From Neoechinorhynchus agilis (Eukaryota > Animalia > Acanthocephala), in contig CM121341.1 of the NCBI GenBank assembly GCA_051530055.1, positions 6,488,784-6,552,783 of the forward strand: 64,000 bases of DNA, given 5' to 3'. Of this stretch, positions 34,816 through 46,059 are shown piece after piece. The translations under genes and the position numbers were made by a program. The first letter of the stretch is position 1. Each line of letters starts with the position of its first letter. The notes beneath the pieces were generated by a model. That model made no database searches. It saw only the letters and a program-made list of their open reading frames with translations, and was not told where the DNA came from.

Positions 34816-36100
34816 GGAAGGAGAGAAGCACCGATTATGCGGATGGCGGTGATTGTATCAGAGCTGACAAATAAACGTTCTTTTTTGGGGAAAAACTCAT
34901 AAAATCAGTCGCAATCCCTCTCGAGTGTTCATAAGCGACCTCAAAATAATAACATATCTAACCAACCGAATGCGATCTGATGATGAGCGCCAGCAGGTTC
35001 GAAACGCTTTTAATAAAAAATTATTTACCGGGTGAAGACTTCTAAACAATTATTTCAATAACATATCTAACCATCCGAATGAAATCTTCAAAGTAATTTA
35101 AAAACGTTTGCTGAACATTAATACTTTAATTAAGCTGAAGTTTTAAATAGTTCTGAAATATTTGCGATCAAAAATTACAATTCCCCTTCGTGACATATTA
35201 AAATAAGTTGTTATTTGGGTCGTTTATGAAAATCCGAGAAGAGGGATCACTAAAGAATAATGTATATATTTCGACTTGACAATGACTGGTTCAATCAGTC
35301 GACATTAATACATTCGTTTTTAACGCGAAACTCTCAATATTAAAATAAAGCCGAGAACAATAAGTTTAGAGATATGTTTTTTCGGCGAAGCAGGGAATGT
35401 AACGCATGGCGACATGTCAACGGAAAAGGAAACCTTCTTTGGTTTTTTTGAAAGAAGTCAAAAGCGCAGTTTTTTCTTACCCAGCAAATGAACTAACCTA
35501 TCAACAATTTGTTGTTCCAGAAAACAAAAGCTTTAAAACTAAAAGTTTATTTTGCACATGCAACGCAACAATAAAAAGAATATAAACTTTAAGCACGCAT
35601 CTACCGTTCTCCTTTCATTTTTTTACCGTTTGATTTGCGATGTTTGTTTGTTTTCTCAGAACATTACGCAATGAGTGCCAAAGCATTCTTCATTAAGAGT
35701 CTAATAACGAAAAAAGTACCAAGAAAGCTGGGAAACCAAATTGTTTAGAACGGCGTTCAACGAATCTATCAACGGATAAGTTATAAGAACTGATCTGAAG
35801 CTTGCTTAAGTATTGGGACAAGAGCATCAAATGTTCGCTATCAATCCATGATTAAAATGACCATAACAAGAGTAAAATTGTAAAATTATTCGTCGCTGGT
35901 GCCACATGAGTCGCTTAGTGCTGCTCCAAAGGCAACCGCGGACTAATCCTTTGTCTTAAGATAAGCAGTTTAAAACATTCTTCGAATCAAGAATGTGTTC
36001 TCGTCGAGTTACTATAACAACATCAATTTAAGACGCAAAAGTCTTCATATGATAGAGAAATTATTAGGAAAGATCGAAGCTATCATACAACCTAATCATC

Positions 36101-36508
36101 ATGAAGCTATCAACCATCACATTTGGGATATTTACTGTATTATCGCTTCAATTGGTTTGGGGATTGACAACCAAAGACGTCGCCAGCAGCAGTGAGTCGT
36201 CAGAAGAGACCGCGACCGTTCTTCAAACACAAAAACGTCCAAAGAGGGACTTTAAAGGCCATTCGTTGGAACCCAAGTCGAAGAAACTCTACAATAAAGT
36301 GAAGGTAGATGGCCCAAAGAAGGACAATGGAATAAAAGAAGGATCAATACCAAAGAGCAGTCGATCATTGGACCGTCAGCGACGTGCTATAGCTGATCTT
36401 AAACTCTCAAAACAATACACCCTTATTGATAAAGATTTGATCGATGATATCAAGAAAAAAGTTAAGGGTAAGTGGGAAGATTTCAAGCAACTGGTAAGCA
36501 AATCTTAA
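36101..36508 (+). CDS. Secreted prepropeptide, family member 1 (135 aa)
   Basis: Signal peptide MKLSTITFGIFTVLSLQLVWG, acidic spacer SSSESSEE, RPKR and RQRR sites, and a Lys-rich helical C-terminal peptide. AATAAA follows the stop. Confidence 0.8.
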   Translation: MKLSTITFGIFTVLSLQLVWGLTTKDVASSSESSEETATVLQTQKRPKRDFKGHSLEPKSKKLYNKVKVDGPKKDNGIKEGSIPKSSRSLDRQRRAIADLKLSKQYTLIDKDLIDDIKKKVKGKWEDFKQLVSKS

Positions 36509-36561
36509 AGCTGATCGCTTTACATTTAATAAATTATAACGTTCTAATTAATGTGCAGTTG

Positions 36562-37029
36562 CTAGCGCGGGGTAATAAAGTTTGGAAAAAGTTGAAATTG
36601 AATGTAATTTTTCTGCGCAAATCCAAAGGCAAATACTCACGAGAGATTTTACACGATTTTTAAACTGAGGATTGTATCCAACGCTCATAACCATTGGATA
36701 AATATTACCGCGTTCAACGCGAGCGTAACCGTAATAGACTCCGTCCTCGAAACTATTCGGTAGTCCCTGGACACATTCATCGTCTAAATTGGCTGAGGAA
36801 AACCGTTAATGGGTTGCGTGATGGCAATACAATATAGTTATTTATGCAGTTCATTTTATAAATAGGATTCCGATATCAAAGCATTAAATGACCATTCTCA
36901 AATTCTAATTTTTCATTGGTAATTTCGAACAAATCACCTTTGTCTGGACATACCAGTTGGAAATCCGAGATGCCGGCTTCCTCGCTTATATCCAGAAACG
37001 ACTATTCCGGAAGTGTAAAGAGGATTCAT
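36562..37029 (-). pseudogene. RFK: Duplicated riboflavin kinase lacking most of exon 3
   Basis: Exons 1-2 match 49495-49883; the EVHIL...GYIRP segment is deleted. Confidence 0.8.
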
Positions 37030-37065
37030 CTAAAAACGAGAATTCCGAAAAGGCACAATATTAAT

Positions 37066-37457
37066 TCAAAGCGGTTTATATTTCTTCTTAAGATTAAATT
37101 CATCCCACAAATCATGCTCTTCACATAGCTTTATATGGCATTTCAGATTTGCCGAGGTAAGATCGTTGATCTAAAGTGAAAATGTAGATGAAGAACATTG
37201 ATTTAACACCGACAACCTTTATTTTAACAACGAAATCTCTAATTCCCGATTTATTCGAAATGTCTTGACCGAGCAGACTTATGGCTTCACGTTTACACTT
37301 AATGTCCGTCTGTAAAGTCATTTAAGATTCAAAAGTTTATTGTTATAATCACCCCCGAAATATGCATCGAAGGACGCCGAAATTAAATTTAAGAGCAGAA
37401 ATACCTCTGTCCTTAGAGCCATCTCGATGGATTCTTCGTCAACAGACCAGTTCTGAA
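37066..37457 (-). pseudogene. MRPL9: 3'-partial duplicate of MRPL9
   Basis: Near-identical to about 49920-50310; the 5' half is absent. Confidence 0.8.
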
Positions 37458-37830
37458 TTTAGGATTCCGATTTAGCTGTGCTAATTCCTAAAATTAAGAA
37501 CTAATCGGTTGACGAAAAATCCATCGAGGTGGCTCTTACTATAGATGTATTTCTGCTCTTATATTTGGTTTGAGCGTCCCTCGGTACATTTTTCCTGGTT
37601 TTGAAAGGGAAAATGATAAATTTCGCCAATAATTGGGGTCAAGATGTTATTATTGCATGAATCTCTTAGTACTGCCTCAAAGACAACCGCTAATTTTCCC
37701 TTTGTTTTAAGAAAAGCAGTTTAAAACATTCTTCGAATCAAGAATGTGTTCTCGTTGAGTTGCCATAACGACATCAATTTAAGACGCAAAAGTTCTCATA
37801 TGATAGAGAAATTATTAGGAAAGATCGATC

Positions 37831-38283
37831 ATGAAGCTATCAACCATCACATTTGGGATATTTACTGTATTATCGCTTCAATTGGTTTGGGGATTGACAA
37901 CCAAAGACGTCGCCAGCAGCAGTGAGTCGTCAGAAGAGACCGCGACCGTTCTTCAGACACAAAAGCGTCCAAAGAGGGGTTCTAAAGGTTATTCAATGGA
38001 ACTTGAGGTGAAGAAACTCGATCCAAAATTGGTAAGCGATGCCAAGGCCAAGATCAAAGATGCTTATAAGAAGGTAGCTGGTATATTTAAAAATAAGGAC
38101 GACGGAATAAAAGAAGGATCAATCACAAAGAGCAAACGATCATTGGACCGTCAGGAACGTGCTTTAGCTGATCTTAGACTTACGAAGCATTACACCCTTA
38201 TTGATAAAGAGTTGATCGATGATATCAAGAAAAAAGTTAAGGGAAAGTGGGAAGATTTCAAGCAACTGGTAAGCAAATCTTAA
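37831..38283 (+). CDS. Secreted prepropeptide, family member 2 (150 aa)
   Basis: Same signal/pro region and C-terminal peptide as member 1, with a different central module (KLVSDAKAKIKDAYKKVAGIFK). Confidence 0.8.
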   Translation: MKLSTITFGIFTVLSLQLVWGLTTKDVASSSESSEETATVLQTQKRPKRGSKGYSMELEVKKLDPKLVSDAKAKIKDAYKKVAGIFKNKDDGIKEGSITKSKRSLDRQERALADLRLTKHYTLIDKELIDDIKKKVKGKWEDFKQLVSKS

Positions 38284-38917
38284 AGCTGATCGTTTTACAT
38301 TTAATAAATTATAACGTTCTAATTTATGTGCAGCTTCTAGAGCGGGGCAATAAAGTCCGGAAAAAGTTGAAATTGAATGTCCTTTTTTCACAGAGAATTT
38401 TCGATTGATGTTATTAGTTCCTATGGGTTTGCAATTTGTGAACCGAACAGTTCCCAATTTTATGGTCCACCAAAGTTAAATCCGTCGTATATGCTGCTAC
38501 CTAAAATTGAGAACTAGTCGTCGGTCTTATGATGAGCAGTACAATGTTTCTAAACTTACAATATTAACAATCCTAAAAAACCCAATGAATAAATGCGGGT
38601 TCACGCTGGTATCGATTACAAGCGTTTCAGCTATTAGTGTCGCGTCGCTAAAGGATAGTAATTCGCAAGTTTGTCACTTCAATGCGAAGCAATGATTGAT
38701 GAGGTGAGGTTTCCTTTTTCGAAATATTCCATAACAATAAAAGAATCTTTAATCGGGATTATGTTCACCACCCTCCAATGTTGATATGATTCAATGATGT
38801 TCTCATTCATATTTCGGGCCATTTCGAAAATGCTTCGATTGCGATGAGATACATCCAACCGGTGATTGATCCCGCAAAATCACCATGAACTCATTTTCAT
38901 GGGGCGTCTGCTATTTC

Positions 38918-39136
38918 TCAAAAAATTAGTAGCATCTTACTCTGTTCCGGTCTTTTCGATTGACAACTACGGCATTTTCCGACATGTCTTTCAATGTAGC
39001 GGTCCATTCCTGGCCACCAATAATAATAATACCGAGCCAATGCCTTCATCGCTGCGGTTACTGGATGTCCATCGTGCAACTGCGACAAAACCGCTCGACG
39101 CAAGTTGTCCGGTATCACTATTCTAATCAACCACAT
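38918..39136 (-). mobile_element. Gypsy integrase zinc-finger fragment
   Basis: IVIP...VLSQLHDGHP...WWPGM...CRSC (HHCC motif). Confidence 0.75.
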
Positions 39137-39362
39137 TATGATGTTGTTTTGAACAGGGTGTTCCTTGCTGCGGCTTCAAAAAGATTCATCAATCTCTTCT
39201 ACTTTTGTTGGTCATTGTGATGCCAAAAATCTTTTCACTCCAGCAATCTGACTATCTTAAATCGAACATTTACGTAAATTCCCGTCTATTAGATCCAAAA
39301 CTGCCTAGTTCTAACTTCCTCTATAATAAATTCGATTCTTCGAATTAGCATGCTTTGTAGTG

Positions 39363-42130
39363 TCATCTTCTATCACGGGCATTCTGGATAATTTGTATTG
39401 TATGCAACGGTACTTTCCTACGTTGCACCGTAGGTATAAGCCCGTCAAATAGAATTAGACTCCGCAAGGGACTAGAATACACGACAGCAGTCCTGTTATG
39501 CGGGCAATTCGCGTCTCTTAAAATCAGGTCATCGTATGTACGACAGTTCCCTTTGCCTTTACGATACAATGTCGTTGGCTTCCAGAAAAGGGACTGTTGC
39601 ATTACCTGTGGGCAAGATTCCTCGGACCGAACTATATTGCCCGTGAACTGCAGTCGTCTGCGGCGCAAATATTCACTGGGCGGTTGGACTCCGGCTCTCT
39701 TATACAGTGCTTTGTTGGTCACTTTATCTGACCATCTGACCTTGAACGCCGCACGTAAGAGAGATGAATGATTTTGGTCCAAATGCCTCGTCGGCGTTGG
39801 TGACAGTGTCCAGGTCTCTGCATTGTAGTAGAGAATGCTCTCAATTAGAGCCATGAGCAGCTGCGAACGGAGTTCATCTGGCAAAGACTCACTGTCAAAC
39901 AGTGGCTTAAGTTGCCCCATTGCTCTCCAAGCTATAGCTCTCCGTCGGCTGACATCCGCACTCACCTCAGGAACGACAGCTCCCAGATAGACATACCGCT
40001 CTATCTGTTTTAATTGCTCAACGCCATTCGGCCCTTCGCCAGAGATTGTATGCGCGACATGCGGAATCGTCAAGAATTCCGTCTTTTTCGAGTTGATGGT
40101 CGGACCAATCATACTCGCCCTCTCGCACAGTCTATTTAGCATGCGTTGAGCTCCTTCGACTGTTGAGGACATCAATACGATGTCGTCGGCATATGCCATG
40201 TAGGAGGCGCGTATCTCAGGATACCTGCGAATTCTTTTCCTCAACAGAAGAAATTCAACTTCATCATTCGGTAGTGCCCATCTCATTACCTAATCAAGCA
40301 CCAAGATGAAGAGGAAAGTAGCCAATGTGTCGCCCTGCAGAACACCTGAAGTGGTGGAAAAGTATTCGGTCAAACCGTCAGCTGTCTTGACGGCGGACCT
40401 TGTGTTTTTATATAATGCCATAACGGATGTGACAATGATCGGCGGCACTCCATATTCCTTTAAGATACCGCCAATCATCTTTCGATTTACCGAATCGAAA
40501 GCTCGACGGAAATCAACAAATACCAGCGTCACACCCGTTTGATGAATTCGTGCCTCCTTGAGGATCCTCCTCAAAGCCAATATGTGCTCTGTGGTGCCTC
40601 GACCTTTCCTGAAGCCGTTCTGTTCAATTCTTAGAAACCGTTCGAGGATTGGCTGAATTCGGCGTCTCAAAATGCTGCTGAAAAGTTTTGCCGTGTTGGA
40701 CATCAAGGATATACCTCTGTAGTTCTCCACCTTTGTCAAGCAGCATTTCTTGGGGATCAATGTTAAATGCGCCGTTTGCCAAATTTGAGGTACTGAGCCA
40801 CCATTCATTATGCCATTCATTATCGGTATGATTTTTCTGGCAATAGATTCAAACCTCAGTACCTCTGCCACTATCTCATCTGGGCCTGATGCACGTCCCG
40901 CACGCATCATTTTCGCCGCAGCGATCGCTTCCTTCAAGGAAATCGGTCAAGTGAAGTATGCCTCAGTGCTTGGGACGATTGTGCCTTTTGGAAGTGCAGG
41001 ACTCACTTCCAAGGACGATAATGGCGAATTGAGAATTTCCGCAAAATAATTTGCGATTCTCTTTTTCTGATTTCCGGGGAGGGACCTTCAATCAAAGTTG
41101 GCTGTCTTTGGGATATTCCTGTGAGAGTGTTTATCGCTCTCCATGATAAGGAGGTACGAACAAAACCTTCCTTATATGCGATCCCGCGAACTGCATCCTC
41201 TATCGAAGCTTTTTGCTTTTCATTATAGAGGTTGGCAAGTTCAAGACTTGCAATGCGAGCCTCAGATCGTTTTCCTCTTTTTCTTAGAGTTTTGATCTGC
41301 TCAGCCATTGCCATAAATTCACAGTCCTCCTGCCATATAACCTTTGCAGCTTTTATACGCCTCATTTTTGGGAGGGTTTTTTCGGCCGTTTCGGTCACTG
41401 CATCGCAGATTGACTTGTAATAAAAATCAATATCCGTTTCAGCAGCTGGCATCGAGCTCAGTTGATTCTCTAGTTCGATATCGAACTCTTTCCTCCTCAT
41501 TAGCGAGGGCGCCATAGAACGGACGTGGACGATGTTGAGGCGTACGGAACAACGAGTCACTCATGCTCAACTGACACATCACCAACTTATGGTCGGTTGG
41601 CAGCCCATCAACTGTGAATGTGTCAGCGTTTTTGACCCGACATTTTTCCCTACGTCTCAACAATATATGGTCAAGCTGAGCTAAGCGTCTCTTGGGATTT
41701 TTCCCATGGCATGTTTGGACGGATTCTTTTGACCCATAAACGACGCCAAACGCCAATGACGCTTCCGGAATAAAGTGTTAGCAGACACGAGATCATGCCG
41801 TTCCAGCGCCTCAACCAAGTACCGGCCGTTCCGATTCTCGTCTTTCAACACATATAGCGATCTTTTGGAATGCCGTAAAATCGCGTTGAAGTCACCGGCT
41901 ATTAGGAGGGTGTCTCTGTTCGGTACATCATCTAATGCTTCGGCTAAATTTCCATAAAATCCTTCAACCGCCTCTTCATCCGACGAGGAGGTCGGTGAAT
42001 ATACGCCAAAAGCATAGAGATTTGTCGATCGAAGCTTAATGCTGACACGAAGGATTCGGTCAGTTATAATACTGCATAGTGCTGAGTTTCGGCGGCGGGG
42101 TGATGAACAAACGCCTACACCTCCATTTCC
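39363..42130 (-). mobile_element. RTE-type LINE, largely complete ORF2 (APE + RT) with few disruptions
   Basis: APE motifs GGVG, GVYSPT and IAGDFNA; RT motifs NYRGISL, QNGFRKGR, FVDFRRAFDSV, GVLQGDTLA and YADDIVL. A premature TAG lies at about 40290. Confidence 0.9.
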
Positions 42131-42674
42131 TCGACTGTCCGCAGATAGGTAAGATAATGATCAGCCCCCTCCTAAATCCTCCTGATTTACGTCTGTGCCT
42201 GACTGGCCTCTTATGCGCAATTCTTGTAAAAAGACAAGATCCATTCTGGCGTCCCTTGCCTATTTGGCCAGGGTTCCCCTACGCCATTGCGCTCGCAGAC
42301 TCCTACAATTCAAGGATCCGATTCGTAGTCCTCTTCTATCTGAAATAGCTGGGCCAAAGGGCTCACGGCTGTCAGCGCCACCTGAACAGTCCGTACCCAC
42401 CACGGTGATGAGCTTCGACTGACGCTTTCGTTGACTCCGGTGACAGTTTCGCTCATTTGGACACTCAAGTCGTCGGCGGGAGCTACGACGCCCTCGCTAT
42501 TTCCCGTTGCACTGGTGGATTTTGTTGCTCCTGTTCGCTGCCGCATCACCAAGTAGAGCGGCACACCGACCCCGCGTTGACAGACTACTATCAGTAGCTG
42601 TCTGGCTGCCGGAGCACCTTCTTTTACGTGACCGACAATATTCAGTAACATCAAGTCCGATCATCGTGAAAGAA

Positions 42675-42800
42675 AAGTTAGGGACTGGAAGAAAGTTAGG
42701 GACTGAAGGAAAGTTAGGGACTGGAAGAAAGTTAGGGACTGAAGGAAAGTTAGGAACTGAAAGGAAGTTAGGGACTGAAAGGAAGTTAGGGACTGAAAGA
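42675..42800. repeat. 18-bp minisatellite, about 7 copies (GAAAGTTAGGGACTG..)
   Basis: Direct tandem repeats, open on both strands (VPNFLS and KLGTER hexapeptides). Confidence 0.9.
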
Positions 42801-43249
42801 GAGTCAGGGAAAGATGTTCGCATAACAGTTTTTTCATCCGGAAAAAGCGTCTCATCCCGTACTCGTAGCATTCCATATTAACATCCCAACGGATTTTGCG
42901 CGAACTTGCAACCTTCGACGAACTGCAGGGGCTTATGGTCCGAGACGAGAGTGAAATGTTTTTCATACAAATAGACGTGGAACTTCCTTACCCATAGACT
43001 AAGGCAAGAACCTCTATTTCAGTCTATGAATAATTATACTCCTCTCGAGTAAGAACTCGACCAGTGAACGAAATGGCACACATATCGCCTGTTTTCGTTC
43101 TGTGCATTAGTACTGCTCCAAGCCCGATTTACTAGATAGAAAGGAATCAATCATCTCGGATCTTTCAAATCCTGTTTCAGACCAACAAAAGCTTTCTTAT
43201 GTGTATCTTCCCATTTGGATCTGTGGTAAGGATTTCTTCCGGATGCCCG

Positions 43250-43837
43250 GCGTGCAACAGTATTAAGTTTGTGTCGGCGAACAGAAGGAAGGACAACACA
43301 CATTTGACCATTGTAGAGAACAATAATAAATTCTTTCGTCTTGATTACGTGTCGCCGCTAAATTGGTGACCCCGGCGAAACTGGCCTGGTCAGCGTCCTG
43401 ACCGGGCTCAGCTGCCAGTACCACGCCGTCATCCCACCGTGGTTCAACTCGGTTGCTCGACATCAGGCCCAGCGCAGCATCGTGACACGCGGACCTCCTC
43501 GCTCAACCCAACAAGGAAGCGGCGTTCGCCAATGTCACCGATGCCTCGGAACTGGTAGTCGGCGCAGACCACAAACAACGGACCAAAGACGGCACCTGGC
43601 AGTTCTATCCTTCAGCAGGAAGCTTTACGATGCCGAGACGTGATAAAGCACCTTCGACAAGGTGCTTCAAACAAGTCCTGGCACTTGAAATCACTGCCCG
43701 CGGCACTGTCAACAGACGACCACCAAAACGTTTTCAAGACACAATGCATTAGCGCGGCAACACTGGAGTGGAGGTATGTGGCAAGGACGCGTGCAACCGC
43801 AGAAATACTTCGTTTTGATTACGTGCCGTCTCTAAAG
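43250..43837 (+). mobile_element. Internally deleted Gypsy-like LTR element
   Basis: PBS-like TGGTGACCCCG at about 43364, RRPPKRFQD integrase-tail motif, PPT GGAGTGGAGG, and repeated LTR-end-like TTGATTACGTG.CG...CTAAA at about 43340-43361 and 43816-43837. Confidence 0.5.
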
Positions 43838-44240
43838 ATCCATATCTCGTGAGTACGTACAAAAATGAGCAATACTGTAGAAAATTTAGGTATTACCTTG
43901 CGTAGAAATTGGTTAGTCCGACGAAAGCTTTTAACTCCTTCGAGTTCCTAGGTGGAGAAGCTTTCGTCAAAGCTCTTGTCTTGCCATGCAATGGTAAAAA
44001 TCATGTTTTCAGAGATAATATGACCCAGATAACGAATCTGTTTAGCTGCGAAAATAAATTTTCCCCTGCACTCTGATACCTGAATTTCCAACCTCTGGAA
44101 CATATTCCTCAAGTATGACATGTGCACCTATTTTGTCTCTGCGGCTATTGTAATGTAGTCCAGATAAGCTGCCGTGTTATGAAGTCATTTAAATTCGCAA
44201 GGAATATAAATCTGGAAAATCACAGGAGCGGCGGAGATTC

Positions 44241-44292
44241 GTTCGAAAATAATAATTTCATGAAAAGAGATCAAATTCTTACCATAAGACAT
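44241..44292 (-). pseudogene. Remnant of Pax-like exon 1 and intron 1 (copy 4)
   Basis: Matches 29271-29322 (MSYG exon and GTAAG donor); homology ends abruptly before exon 2. Confidence 0.75.
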
Positions 44293-44904
44293 TTCTATGA
44301 AAACGAGTGAGCAAATTATATTTTATAAGAACCGTGAAGCTAAATATCGGTATTCGCTAATGCTTTCTCCATTTTATACTGATTTTTCACGCTAATGAAC
44401 ATTATCTTTGAATGTAGTAGTTTATTGTTTTTTTGACCATTAAGAAATCCATTAGAAAAAAGATGGACGGTGATTGGCTATTTGCTCGATTGAATGGAGA
44501 AACTAATTAAAGTAGGAGGTAATAATTTCGGCGATTAAATACCAATACTTTCAAATGTGATTTACGATGCAAACTGATTCCTTTATATTATTACATTTCG
44601 CGCCTTATCAAGGTGTTTTAATGGAGTGCTTATCATCCTCGACATGCCACAATCAAACAACTGTTAGAAGTGTCCATTTGAGACTTTATTTGAGGCTCTA
44701 AGAATACCAAAATAGAAAAGAGCTTGTCACTGACGTAGACATCCAGTCTCGGTTACACCTCAAAAACATAAGAACGAATTCTAAGCGGGGTTACTTTTTT
44801 TTATAATGTGAGGCAAGCTCAACACGAGTCTCATGAAAAAATATCTTGAAGCATTTGGTTTAAAAGGCTTGACAAGGCTCGTAGTCCTGGACTAAAATCG
44901 TGCA

Positions 44905-46059
44905 ATGAATTTCCAACTCTTTGTCTTAAGTTTTCTGTTTGGCCTACTAGTTTACGGAGATGAAAGACTGTCAGACAAATGCGTTATCTTACATTCGAAT
45001 AGAGTAAATTTTGCGATTCAGTGTGGTTCCAGCCATGACAATGCCACTACACTTATTGAAGCTTTAAATACAAAAGCAAATGAATCAGTAGTCAGACTTT
45101 CCATTACAGGTGTTGGTATCGATGAAATTCCAAATAATCTATATGACATACTGCCAAAAGTTACCACCTTAAAGCTTAAAAATGCACCTTCAAAGGAATA
45201 TGAGATATGCACCGGAGAATGCACAAACAAATTCTATAACATTGAGAGACTTGAGTTGATAAATACGAATATAAGTAAAATGAAATTCACTACACCGCAT
45301 CCAAATCTCAAAGATTTAAGAATTTTTGGTGGAGAGATGGCACAACTGGATAAATCATTTGGAACAAACCTTCCTAACCTTGAATGGCTCATTATTCTTT
45401 ATTGTAAACTGTCGAGTCTTGGCGTAATCAAAAATATTTGCTCACTTCGGCACTTACTCTTGGATGAAAATAATATAACTTCACTCGATATTGACAACGC
45501 AACTTGTTTCCAAAACTTAACAAGACTTTCTCTGTTCGGAAACGCGATTGAATCGATCACCATCGATCGCAGCGCTGTATCACAACTCAAATATCTTCTA
45601 ATGGATTTCCATGGCGATCTTAATCAATTAATTAAAAGTCTGAACTTACCAGAGCTGACAAGCTTGAGTGTAAGAAAGTCGAATAGTACGACATTTAATG
45701 TTCCTAACCTGGAAAAGCTACCTAAACTGAAAGGTTTGTATTTTGAGGAAGGCAAATTGGAAAGAGTGCCGATCGGTAACGATCAGACTAAGGAAAATAT
45801 ATTGATCCTTAGCCTTGTAAATAACAATATCAGTATTGTAAATGAATCGGATTTTGTAGGATGGACGAATCTAACTGTGCTTTATTTAAATCAAAACAAC
45901 ATCAAGAAGTTATCATCGAATTCATTTTCGAAGCTGATTAGTTTATGGTTTCTAGATTTAAGAAACAACTCTATTACGGAATCATACACCAGTGCTTTCC
46001 TAGGTCTACCAAGTTCTACAAGAGTGTTCCTTGGCGGGAATCCGATAACTACTATGTAA
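44905..46059 (+). CDS. Secreted LRR protein, paralog 7 (384 aa)
   Basis: Signal peptide + LRRs; mostly paralog-1-like with the N-cap of paralogs 4/5. Confidence 0.92.
   Translation: MNFQLFVLSFLFGLLVYGDERLSDKCVILHSNRVNFAIQCGSSHDNATTLIEALNTKANESVVRLSITGVGIDEIPNNLYDILPKVTTLKLKNAPSKEYEICTGECTNKFYNIERLELINTNISKMKFTTPHPNLKDLRIFGGEMAQLDKSFGTNLPNLEWLIILYCKLSSLGVIKNICSLRHLLLDENNITSLDIDNATCFQNLTRLSLFGNAIESITIDRSAVSQLKYLLMDFHGDLNQLIKSLNLPELTSLSVRKSNSTTFNVPNLEKLPKLKGLYFEEGKLERVPIGNDQTKENILILSLVNNNISIVNESDFVGWTNLTVLYLNQNNIKKLSSNSFSKLISLWFLDLRNNSITESYTSAFLGLPSSTRVFLGGNPITTM

Noticed and set aside
8837-45590. Recurrent antisense ORFs inside the LRR genes
   Set aside because: Shadow frames of the duplicated LRR coding strand with variable starts and stops; no domain signal.
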